A stretch of DNA of 46,296 nucleotides, taken from the NCBI RefSeq assembly GCF_001194135.2, contig NC_068982.1, positions 4,386,819-4,433,114 of the forward strand, read 5' to 3'. This stretch comes from Octopus bimaculoides (Eukaryota). The notes beneath the pieces were generated by a model. The model was not told where the DNA came from. It was given only the letters and a program-made list of their open reading frames with translations, and did not search any database. Below are positions 24,236 to 35,330 of the stretch, one piece after another. A program made the position numbers and the translations under genes. How positions within the stretch are numbered: the stretch's first letter is position 1; the number at the start of each line of letters is the position of its first letter.

Positions 24236-24325
24236 CATATATGTATGTATATATATATATATGTGTGTGTGTATGTGTATATATATGTGTGTGTGTATAT
24301 ATGTGTAGATATATATATATATATG

Positions 24326-24366
<41 letters not shown>

Positions 24367-24385
24367 ATATATGTGTGTGTGTGTA

Positions 24386-24428
<43 letters not shown>
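24236..24428. repeat. Compound (TA)n/(TG)n microsatellite
   Basis: Visible runs. Confidence 0.9.
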
Positions 24429-24429
<1 letters not shown>

Positions 24430-25559
24430 ATAAGAGCACACAAGGCGCCTGCCTGCTAGAAAGAGGTGTTAAAGCCCTCAGTTAAACCACCAATAATACT
24501 GAAAAATTCAACAGAAAAACAACAGTAGGCGGGCGAACGGGTTTAAACAAATTTGACATATCAAAGACAGTTCAATGCTAAATATTTTGGTATTTGGATA
24601 CACTTGGATCATGGTTTCTAGTTCTGGCAAAAAGCCTCAACCTTCATAAGCAAGTTTTACAAATAGAAAAAATGTTCACCTCGTCACGTTGAAGTTTGCC
24701 AGCGTTCTGAATTGTTTTTCGCTAAAATCAAAACAGCTTCAGCGTAAATATACTAATAAAAAGTAAATATTCAGAAGTGAATAAAGATAGAGTGACCCGA
24801 GAATATTATACTAGTCGTAGAAAAATATGGCAGTCCTGACTCTCCGGTTACAAGACAATATCCCACAATGCATTTTCAGTACCAGTACTGGTTCCAACAT
24901 TTGGGAAACTTGACTGGTCTGTAAAAGAAATCCACTCCATAAAAATAAACTCACAAGATTCTGATATCAAACTGGAAATCTCTACAGAAATAGTGATATC
25001 AACAGGCTCTGCCTAAGAAGAGATAAAAGACTTGGAATGTCGCAAAGACTCTCTCAGACAGCATTTGCCAACCAACAGCAGCAAAAATATCCTGATATTT
25101 CTAAATATCAGGATAAAAATCGGTGAGCAGACCAACTCAACCACATATTTCTAGACACCGGGAAATCTTTTAAAAAGACATCCAGGTGTAAACTTAAGAA
25201 ACGTAATCTAGGTGGGATGCGATATCTCATGTCTTTGGAAGTCAGAATTGGTTTCGAAAATATGAATACCTGAAATTTATATATATATATATATAAAAAA
25301 AAGCAAGCCCAGATCTATTTTGAAAAAAAAATGCCAAACTTTTCGTTAAAGAGCAGGGGGTGTTTCATCAAAAATTTTATCTTCTGATATGTTTTGAATA
25401 TAAAGCTTTACATGTATTTGTGGCAATTAAATCTAGTAATATATTTTAATTACGGAAGGCGGTAAAATGATTTCTCCGGATAAAATAAAAGAATTTATTG
25501 AATGCCATGTATTCCAGATGTATATGATAATCTGATTGACCACTCTCTTCTATTATAAA

Positions 25560-26100
25560 TGCACTGTAATAGCGAATATCCTACCGACATAGAGAACAGC
25601 AATACTTGGTGAATGTTCCATGTATACCCATTAACAAAGCGGTTACTTTAAGATCTCCACAAAGATTCCATTGGTGATCGTTGTATTGAATTACATTAAA
25701 AGGAATTTGTCTGTTAACATAATATTCTCTTAAATGTGCTGAATAAAAGGTAGAGTTAGATGGTTTTACATTTTCGTTATGCAAAAGAAACAGCTGTTAA
25801 ACTTTGAAGTAATAGATTTATATAATGCACCATTGGCTAACAACATGCCTTTCAGATAAACTTGCAAAAAACCCATTAATGTCATGAAAATAAGAGGGAG
25901 TACCATCCACTTTGAAGTAAAATGCTAAATCGAAACGAATTTTCGTAATAGTTTACTGTTACACTTTCTTCAAGTTTCTTTCTTTCTAAGGAGACAACAA
26001 AAACCCTGCATTGATTTTTAACGATTCTAAATTATCCACAAGATTGCTCGAAGTTTCCCAAGTGTAAAACATTGGACCTATTCACCGTTCCGGTTCAATT
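25560..26100 (-). pseudogene. Chapaev3-like (CMC superfamily) DNA transposase fossil
   Basis: ORF 25581-25784 contains LHNENVKPS...IQYNDHQWNLCGDLKVTALLMG..GTFTKYCCSLCR, matching the recalled W.ICGDLKV..LLG.Q.GYTKYCCFLC motif; upstream DG...HDING.F..L...W also fits. Family name is from recall. Confidence 0.6.
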
Positions 26101-26184
26101 GCAAAAGCCTTTGAAAAGTGAAACTTCATTCGTATTTATGTTATTTACATTTGACGGATATTTGTCCTCATCTTGTTTGTTGTT

Positions 26185-26230
26185 AACACAACGTTTCGGT
26201 TGATATACCCTCCAGCCTTCATCAGGTGTC
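26185..26230 (-). ncRNA. Minimal type-I hammerhead ribozyme motif (GUU site; C-A mismatch in stem II)
   Basis: Reverse complement: GACAC CUGAUGA A GGCUG gaggguauau CAACC GAAAC GUU GUGUU. Confidence 0.75.
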
Positions 26231-26330
26231 TTGGGGAAATTTCGAACCTGGGTTCTCATTCCTAAAGTATTTTTCGATGTTATTATTATTATTATTATTA
26301 TTGTTGTTATTATTATTATTATTATTATAA

Positions 26331-26364
26331 TTACCTTTGCACAGCTTCTAACGCTGGAGATGTA
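26331..26364 (-). mobile_element. 34-bp extreme 3' end of the 21443 LINE family nested in the hammerhead-SINE linker
   Basis: 32/34 identical to 21443-21476; has its own (AAT)n tail and a duplicated GTATTTT(T)CGATGTTA at 26267-26282 and 26362-26376. Confidence 0.8.
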
Positions 26365-26399
26365 TTTTCGATGTTACTATTATTATTATTATTATTATT

Positions 26400-26474
26400 C
26401 AGGTCACTGCCTGGAATGGAACTCGGAATCTTGGAGTTAGTAGCCCGCGCTCTTAACCACTACGCCATATGCCC
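26400..26474 (-). promoter_or_regulatory. Internal Pol III (type 2) promoter in the tRNA-like head
   Basis: A box TGGCGTAGTGG (26467-26457) fits TRGCNNARYGG. The B box GTTCCATTC is one change from consensus; it is intact as GTTCGATTC in the 33 kb copy. Confidence 0.6.
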
Positions 26475-27949
26475 AATGTAAATAATGTACATAATTCCTC
26501 ATCTCTTAAATATAGAACTGTTTCATTCTTATCTTCTTCGTGTTTAATATTGTTGGTTCTAAATCGGGATAAAAAAAAAACAGGAAATGCTTAATTATGC
26601 ATATCTCCTAGAAGAAAGCATTTTAATATCAACTACACACAAATCAACAGTCTGTAAGGTTACTCTTTCTGTTCATGCTAAATTATTGACGCTGCCCACG
26701 GTAACGGGGATTTCTTTTCCCCGTTTATGAATAAAAGACTGTAAAAATTTAATGTGAGGTCTATGGCTTGTTATTAACACCTGACAGTCAAAATATGGAT
26801 TCTGTATCTTTTAAAGATCTCTTGTATTATGTTGCTATCGTGATATTGCGATGCTGCTCCATAAATAGTAAATTAGTTCCAGGTGGTTTCTAAATTCCCT
26901 CGGTATTTGGATAGCTTAGTTAGGATATGTTAAAAGAAAGAAAACAACTTAGTGCAAACAATACTGTAGATTAACCGCCATATTCGTGCATTTATTAGTA
27001 AATTTTAAGATGAAAATATTTGATTTGAATATTGAATTATAAGGCAAACACTGAACAAAAGTAAAACAAATGATCTGATCTCAGAAACATCCGTGCTGTG
27101 GGGTGGGGAGGGGAATCTCGAATGTTTCTAAATTAGCGTAAGAAAAATACTCCCAACAACTTTAAATATCCCTCCAAATCATCTCTGATGAAAGTTGCTC
27201 CCGTTGGCGTGTTTCGTACACTGCTATGACGAAATGTTAACTTTGGAACTTGATGGTACATCAATAGCTTCATTAGGTCGAGGGATCTTTCAGAAGATGT
27301 ATAGGGTCTAACAAGACTCTTCTACGTAGTTAATTGGATGATATTGGGGGAATAGAGTGGCTAATGAGTGTGCTTTGCTGAAGAATTTGTAATTAGATAA
27401 GATATTGAAATTAGATATATGAAAAATGTGTTACTTGACAGGCCATAATTTGCTGTAGAATTCGAAAAAAAGCAGATAGGACTTTAATTGGGTACTTTTC
27501 ATTGAAGTAGACATAATCTCCATATCTCAATATGTTTGTCAGTTTTGCATATTTTATTTCGGTTCAACGAACAACTGTTTCAAAGACATTTTTTAAAAAT
27601 ATGATTGACAAAGCGAAATAATTAGGTCTAATTTGTGATTGATTGAGGGTATTGATAGAACATTTATTTTATAATTGATTTATTTACATTGGTGATGAGG
27701 GGAAATTTCTTTTGAAGTAGGCCTAATGTTTTAAAGGGACCTGAAATGCAATACTTACGTTTATTTGGTATCAAAGAGAGTGTTTGATCGAGTCGATATG
27801 ATCTATTATGAGGACATTTAGATAATAACGAATCAATCACTTTAGATTTAAATAGGTACCAGAGGGTCAAAAAGAAAAAAGAAAAAAAGAAAGAAAACAG
27901 GACTGGTAATTTGATGAATGTTTTCTTAGCTTGCACTATCGAGTTCAAT

Positions 27950-28780
27950 TTCCCCGTTAGGAGAAAGCTACCTTCGAGAGATCAGCTTTCTTAGTGAGAG
28001 ACCAGTGTCACATCGTAGGAGATAAGCTGTTCTAACACAATGTAATCTAGAGATGAGCCTCAGATTATTCTGACCATTGTGATCTAGGAGATTGAGTCTT
28101 CAGCCAGGCACTGAAAGAGCGCCACTCTGGTCGCTTTTACATTATATTTACCATTTGTGTTATCAGTTTCTTCCCCATCCTCACATACGTTCTTCACACC
28201 GGAATGTCTTCTTTACGGGTCGGATCTGATTCACGCCAACGAGTAAGGATCTACAAGACCGCTATCCGGTTAATATCGTCCGTAGGTGAAGGGATGGCAC
28301 AATGAACATCGTGTATCAATATGTGAGTCCTGCTGTACCCCGCAAAAAAACTCATGGCAGAGACTCCCCCTCTTCACATTCCAGGAGAGCGCTATCTATA
28401 TCCTCTCCCAATTCCTGCGCTTACAAGGTCCGGCAAGGAAGATAACACGATATCTGTAAAGCCCATAGCGCATCTCAGAATACCACTCACTCTGCAACGG
28501 ATTCAGCTAGCCAAACGTTCAGTGTTTCTCGTATAATTCAAAGTCATTTAATGATTCTCCAAAATCACGATGATACGAATAGGGTTTCATTACATATTCC
28601 TTTCCTTCCAGAAATCTAGAAACAGTGTTCATGACTCTTAAACATCAAATATGGCAGAGTAAATATGATGCTTGCTGATGGAGGCTTCATTCTGCTATGT
28701 TCCTTTCTCATCCCTTAATCGTGGAAGCCTTGTAACATTGTCATGGCTGCTATCCTTCCTTACTTTTCCGACTGAGCAGT
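27950..28780 (-). pseudogene. Possible very decayed L1/Tx1-like LINE 3' region
   Basis: Locally higher GC and weak minus-strand peptide echoes (EET...LFQC...EQL); not reliably alignable by eye. Confidence 0.2.
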
Positions 28781-29034
28781 AAAGGGAACTTATTTTCGTT
28801 GAAATAAATATTTAGTGAGCAATAAATCTACAAATCCCATACCTTGTTAGTTACTTCGTAAATTCTAACACTCAACAATGAGTTGCATAAAACTACTTTT
28901 AATTGAAATTTCTCAAATCTGCATCTGCTCCTATTTTCCTAATCCACCATCTTACACACTATTAAGTAGCATATATCAACGACTTTCATTATACATTCTA
29001 GCCTGCTTTTTTATATTTTACTTGCTTCAATCAT

Positions 29035-29215
29035 TAGACTGCTGCCATACTGGAGCATCGCCTTCAAAGGTTTTTGCGTCCAATGAATCGAATATAGTAC
29101 TTATCTTTGTTCTGACAGATACTTAATATAACCGTTTCCTTTTCCTGAACCGCTAGGTTACGTTGGCGTAAATACACCAGCAAAAGTTATCAAGCGGTGG
29201 TCGGGGACAGATACA

Positions 29216-29312
<97 letters not shown>

Positions 29313-29493
29313 GCCCCCCACGTATATATCACGATGGGATTATTTCAGTTTCTGTCGACCAAATCCACTGAAGGCGTCGGTCGACCCAAGGCTACATCAG
29401 AAAACACTCGCCGAAGATACCACGCAGCGAGACCGAAACCGAAGCCATGTGATCGGGAAGTAAGCCTCTTAACACACAGTCACACCTGCGCCT
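29035..29493 (-). mobile_element. Bipartite SINE (head B + (TG)n + module C), diverged
   Basis: B part 29330-29493, (CA)n 29206-29310, module C pieces 29035-29205. Confidence 0.7.
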
Positions 29494-30362
29494 ACACTAG
29501 ACAAAGAAACAAAACAAAACAAATAGAAAAAACCCCAACATTTTTTAATGATCGAATGCACAGAGAATTTTGTCAGAACGTTATAATGTCCTCTCTATGT
29601 TGCTGGAGTTGGAATAATGATGGATGCGATTACTGCTTTTTATTCTGTCATTCTTGAAAGATCAAAAGGCAAAGTAGGATTTGTATTAAAAATATATCAT
29701 AATAAACATGTTTAATTATAAATCCAGTATTTTATGGCTTCCTATATCATCAGTGATCAATATTGTTTGATGGAATGTTTATTTAGATCAGTGGCTCTCA
29801 ACCGATTCCATATGACCCTTGTGCGTTCATACAAGATTTTGGTGTTAAAATTTATGTGTAATAAATTAGGGATTCTTCTGCAATACACAAAATATTTAAA
29901 CAAATTTTCGCACAATTCGTAATAATATTCAATGATAAAAATATAAGATGTTTTAGACATCGAATGGTTCTGAGGTTCCGCCCACCTGAGTAATTTACTC
30001 AGAATCAAAGGGGTCATAGGTTAAAAATAGTTGAGAATCACTGATTTAGATGCATTTTATTGCAGTGGCGGGGGGAGGGGATCAACCTATAGTGGTGATT
30101 TAAAGTATAAGAAGGATTACTTCTTGTCTTGTCTTCTATTTTTAACAGAATTTACCAGATCCTACTTTGAAATCCTCAAAGAGCCTTTCAAAACTTCCAA
30201 AAATCTGGAAATTGCAACTTCGAGTGGGAATAATAAATCACTTTGAAAAGGAGACATGAGCAATAATAAAGCAAATTATGTTTGGTTACAGGAATAAATG
30301 TTAGAATTATAAAAATCAATAAAGGTAGATTTTCTGAATCCTAAAAGACTCGCCAAGCCTCG

Positions 30363-30364
<2 letters not shown>

Positions 30365-30436
<72 letters not shown>

Positions 30437-30666
30437 NNNNNNNNNNNNNNNNNNNNNNNNNNNNNNNNNNNNNNNNNNNNNNNNNNNNNNNNNNNNNNNN
30501 NNNNNNNNNNNNNNNNNNNNNNNNNNNNNNNNNNNNNNNNNNNNNNNNNNNNNNNNNNNNNNNNNNNNNNNNNNNNNNNNNNNNNNNNNNNNNNNNNNNN
30601 NNNNNNNNNNNNNNNNNNNNNNNNNNNNNNNNNNNNNNNNNNNNNNNNNNNNNNNNNNNNNNNNNN

Positions 30667-30719
<53 letters not shown>
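30365..30719. repeat. (GA)n array spanning a 230-N gap
   Basis: Pure GA runs on either side of 30437-30666. Confidence 0.95.
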
Positions 30720-30722
<3 letters not shown>

Positions 30723-32436
30723 TGAAAGAAAGAGATAGTAATGGAAAGTAATGGAAATAATATCTCTTTCTATTTATTTATCGTTTACATTTCTTCAGAA
30801 AATTTGTTTACAGTATTAATATATTTTGTGTGTATATCATCTTTTTTTCTGTGTGCAAACGGTTTATGTTAGATCATTATAGTTTTGATTGTTGATTTAT
30901 GACTGAGAAACAAATACATGCTTATATTAATCCGAGGATTATGCAATCTCTCAAAAAGCATTTTCCTATGGATAAAAGGATTTTTTATCTGAAGGTGGCT
31001 TTGTAGTAATCAGACGCATCGACAAGTGCTACAGAGTTATTACATTGCTATCCCAAATTGTATGGACTTCAAATCAACATTATTACAATGATTAAACGTA
31101 AACACGGATTAGCTTTTTGTTATCTATATAAACTGATATCTCGACATAATTTATGTGAAAATTCACCAGCAGACCGAGAAAATTAAAATGGTAAATGTTC
31201 AACTTCAAACTACCTCTCTGTGATGACAACTAAGAAAAAAATTATGAGGATTACGTCTCCGATGGAGAAGAAGCGATTGCAGAGAAACTGCACGGTGAGT
31301 AACAGCAGCCATAATGAGGGAAAGATAATTAACGGATACATGGCGTGTATTTGAGGAAATAGCATTCAACTTGTTAGTTCAGTGAAGCAAATATCGTCGT
31401 AATTGCGGGAGATCATGCCGAGACAAGTAACAGCAAATGCAGCTGTGGGATAGAAGTCCTTGAGTGTTGGTGAGCAAGGAATTTGGTGGTATTCAATAAT
31501 TTTTGTAAGCACAGCAACAACACCATCCTTGACATATGGTTCCTGAATTTGATTTTTTAGTTGGGGAAATGATAATTCATCAAGTGTGGAGTATTACCAG
31601 CCTTCAAATGGACAAGATTTAAATGTTATGTATCTGGCGCAGTCGTGAATGGAGAAACTTATGGGGTCTTACGCTCCAAATTATAGAAATTAATTAAACG
31701 AGATTTTAATTTCACGCTGTGCATGGCTGGAAAAGTTGAGATGTAATCATGGTTGCTTGACATCTATCAATGCGCTGTTGAAGAAACATACTGTAATGAA
31801 AATAGTAGGCGAGCTAACGACGAAAGGTCTAGGTCGATGTTTTAGAAATAGAAGCTAAAATCTCTTTTAAACGATATCCTACCGTCTTAAAAAATACATC
31901 ACATCAGATGATGTAGTTCTATATGAACATAACTAATAAAACACGCTGAAGGTTTACGGGCATCTTTAAAACTTAAATCTACATTGAGGAGCAAATTTCA
32001 ATGAATCGATTTTCTGTGAAAAACAGGAATGTCAATGCTAAATAATAAATATATAATAAATAATAAATATATAAATATACAATACTTAGCGACAATAGTT
32101 GAAACTCTGATTTTATTATATTTTCTCTTGATAATTATCGTGGAATAAGATTATCATTCCAGAGAGGAACTTTGAATGTTGATTGAGGTTTATTTTTATG
32201 TATATGTGTGTGTGTTTGTATGTGTGTTTGTACATAATATACATACGTATGTATGTATGTATGTATGTATGTATGTATGTATGTATGTATGTATGTATGT
32301 ATATATATATNNNNNNNNNNGATAGATAAGTATAATATAATACAAAGTAAATATCATAAGATAATGATAATAAAACGACTACACGTGTTTCATAACCAAA
32401 TTTTCAAATAGAAGATAAATAATATTCAAATCGATT

Positions 32437-32598
32437 AAAACGATCGAAAATCAATTCTATTCAAAAATATAGCTAATCTTCAGGTCAACAATATTTATTG
32501 TTGGTTGATATATACATTCTTTTATTATTATTATTATTGTTGTATTTTGACCTGAAGATTAGCTATATTTTTGAATAGAATTGATTTTCGATCGTTTT
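32437..32598. repeat. Perfect 52-bp inverted repeat with a 58-bp spacer
   Basis: 32437-32488 is the exact reverse complement of 32547-32598. Confidence 0.95.
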
Positions 32599-33042
32599 TA
32601 CTGTGAATTTTACTGTGAATTTGTTATAGGTAGGTTTTACTGTAATATATAACTACTTTTTGTATTATTCTATTTATTGTACTAATCATGTACTACTATT
32701 ATGTCTTATAACCTATTTTCAAATTTTTAATAATTAATAATTTAAAAAATGAATTTTTTTTAAGTGCAAAACATATTTTCAGTTATTTTAAATTTGTAAT
32801 AGAGGCAACAAGTAATAACAAATTGAAGTAATAACGTGTAATACAATTTTTAGTTTTAATAAAAGGTAATATTTTCTAATCTTAAATATTTTATTTGAAA
32901 TTTTATCCTTAGCTGCAATATTTTAAGTAAAAATTTTCTTGTTCTGTACTTTATCAGATATAATAACTTATCCTGAACTTTTCCAAGTGTAATAACTTTA
33001 CCTGTACTTTTTCAAATTTATAATCTTAAGAATATATTATTT

Positions 33043-33325
33043 CTCTTAATCACTACGCCGTATGCCCGTGATTAAGAGCGCGGGCTCCTAATCCCAAGAT
33101 TCCAAGTTCGATTCCAAGCAGTGACCTGAATAATAATAATAATAACAACGATATCGACAAATACCTTAGGAATGAGAACCAAGGTTCGAAATTTCCCCAG
33201 TACACCTGATGAAGGCCGGAGGGTATATCAGCCGAAACAACAAACAAGATGGGGACAAATATCCGTCAAATGTAAATAACGTAAATAATGTAAATAATTC
33301 CTCATCTCTTAAATATAGAAATGTA
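33043..33325 (+). mobile_element. Hammerhead-SINE, near full length, with 5' fold-back inversion and deleted cleavage site
   Basis: Head 33068-33128 with B box GTTCGATTC; the first 25 nt of the head are inverted at 33043-33067; (AAT)n; tail to ...CTCTTAAATATAGAA.TGTA. Core CTGATGA at 33206-33212 and GAAAC present, GTTGTGTTAAC deleted. Confidence 0.85.
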
Positions 33326-33893
33326 TGAGTTTATTCATGTTTTGTCTTTTTATTAATACTGTGTTTTTGATATATCTATTCCGCAATTGTTCTTGAATGT
33401 CCTGTTTCTAAATGATTAATTTACTGAAGCAGTTATACACAAATTCCATGAAAAAGAACTAAAGAAAAAAAATTAAGGTTTAGTGAAAACATTTCATTAT
33501 GAATTTTGGGAATTTATACATTATACATAAGCAATCAAAATAATGTCCTGAAGCAGAACAGAGCAGTGATCTATAGAGAGAAACTAGTGAACGAATCCAA
33601 ATAGAAGATCAATATTATACCACAAGCAGGACAATAAAAACAACGTTGCTGCAAAATGCAGCAACAAATTTTGCTTTTGTCGAGAGCGTGATAAGCGACA
33701 CCCACAAAATGTCGGCAGAAATACAACGAATTCGATCGAGAATGTTCTTCTAACTGTAGCTACCGTTACACCTTTGACTAAATTCGTCGTTTCTGGTAAA
33801 TACACAAGACTCGTGTTCTCTTTCCATCTGCGATATAAAATTATGTTTGCACCGCCTAAGCTTTTCATAGCCTGCATCATTTTGTTGTTCGAT

Positions 33894-34031
33894 AGGCGTG
33901 AGTGGGTAGTGCGAAATTTGCTTCCCTACTATGTGCTTTCAGGTTCAGTTCCAGTGTCCCCTATTATAGCCTTGGGCCGGCCAAAGCCTTGTCAGTTGAT
34001 TTGGTAGACGGAAACTGAAAGAAACCTGTCG
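33894..34031 (+). mobile_element. SINE family B 5' part, running into (TA)n and a gap
   Basis: Matches 8721-8857 and the reverse complement of 36250-36412. Confidence 0.75.
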
Positions 34032-34439
34032 TATATATATATATATATATNNNNNNNNNNNNNNNNNNNNNNNNNNNNNNNNNNNNNNNNNNNNNNNNNN
34101 NNNNNNNNNNNNNNNNNNNNNNNNNNNNNNNNNNNNNNNNNNNNNNNNNNNNNNNNNNNNNNNNNNNNNNNNNNNNNNNNNNNNNTATATATATGTGTAT
34201 ATTTCTAATAAAGTCGTTGGTATGTTGTAATATTATTTCGAGGTAAGCCTTCCTTGGTGGTAGAGATACGTTCTTGAGTGAAGTTGCCAAATAAGATTTC
34301 GCCAGTGTCAAACGATTATTAGTTGTTGGAACTCTTCCGGATGGGAGTTTCTATGTTTCAATATGTCGCTTAGGCATTGCGAGACGAATAGCCTGGAGTG
34401 GAGTTCAATATACGTATGCTTCAGAACGAAGTGTGAGAT

Positions 34440-34912
34440 GAGTATAGAGTAATAATAAGAAAATGGGGAATGAATGATGGACTTCATTAGCTTACTACTG
34501 TTTCTGCTATAGGATGTAGTGGCGTCATAGTGGAGTCTCTGAATAATATCTGATAGCTTCAACGGAGCCTCGAATATGAAGTGCAATTTACTTGGGAAAC
34601 TATTACATATGTCTATATATATACATTGTGCAATATAAAATAATGAAGTCAGGATAGATGCATATGAAAAAGTGTATATCACCTTTGGATATACACTTTT
34701 TTTATATTCATCTATATTGACTTTCTCATTGATAATGCCCTTCTCTGTATATATATACACACAAAGAAATTGCGCTTCATATACGAGGCTCTGATGAAGC
34801 TGTAAGGTATTATTCACACGCTCGACTATGAGTCCACTGCAACCTATAGCAGAAACAGCTGTAAGCTTATAGAGTTCATAAGATAATAATTTATTCCTTT
34901 GTCATCTCATTT
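34440..34912. mobile_element. Old, diverged fold-back element of about 470 bp
   Basis: Perfect 14-bp core AAAAAGTGTATATC (34667-34680) / GATATACACTTTTT (34688-34701). Arms stay recognisable outwards, e.g. 34489-34535 versus the reverse complement of 34826-34870, roughly 80% by eye. Confidence 0.7.
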
Positions 34913-34918
34913 TCTTAT

Positions 34919-35104
34919 ATATAATAGGGATAACCACTAAGTGGACATCCATTATGCTAGAAGTAGACCACCTACGATCTAAACACTAAAGATCGTTCTC
35001 AAGAAAATTTATGAATTTTCTTGAGAACAATCTTTAGTGGTTAGATCGTAGGTGATCTACTTCTAGCATAATGGATGTCCACTTAGTGGTTATCCCTATT
35101 ATAT
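34919..35104. mobile_element. Near-perfect 186-bp palindromic element (MITE-like hairpin)
   Basis: 91-bp arms with 3 mismatches and a 4-nt loop TATG (35010-35013). Confidence 0.9.
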
Positions 35105-35330
35105 GTATGTAATATAATTCTTTCTGAATCTTCAGATTTTTTCAATATGCTCGGCCACTGTTTTTAAATTGATATTAATCAAATTAATATTCAATATGTT
35201 ACCATTATNNNNNNNNNNNNNNNNNNNNNNNNNNNNNNNNNNNNNNNNNNNNNNNNNNNNNNNNNNNNACATATACATACATATATATATATCTTTAATA
35301 TATATATATATATAGGAAAAAGAAGAAAGT

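Larger units (their letters stand above)
26136..26520 (-). mobile_element. Hammerhead-SINE, complete head, inverted body plus 46-bp direct 3' terminus
   Basis: Minus strand: GGGCATATGGCGTAGTGGTTAAGAGCGCGGGC... head (26474-26400), (AAT)n linker with a nested insert, hammerhead tail. The plus-strand 3' end lies at 26475-26520. Imperfect TSD TTCATTC(G/T)TAT at 26125-26135 and 26522-26532. Confidence 0.85.

Noticed and set aside
26400-26474. tRNA gene (also heads at 4150, 8721, 33068, 36340 and 45793)
   Set aside because: A and B boxes are present, but acceptor, anticodon and T stems do not pair as a cloverleaf and each continues into a repeated body; these are SINE heads.
27184-27220. CTGATGA motifs outside the family (also about 14984, 34791 and 43546)
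   Set aside because: No stem II followed by GAAA and no closing stem I; expected by chance.
31240-31295. Exon candidate ending in ACG|GTGAGT (…DYVSDGEEAIAEKLH)
   Set aside because: Good donor, but no convincing acceptor, an in-frame stop just upstream and no recognisable protein.
34308-34817. 169-aa minus-strand ORF
   Set aside because: Lies across an AT-rich fold-back element; no domain; likely chance.
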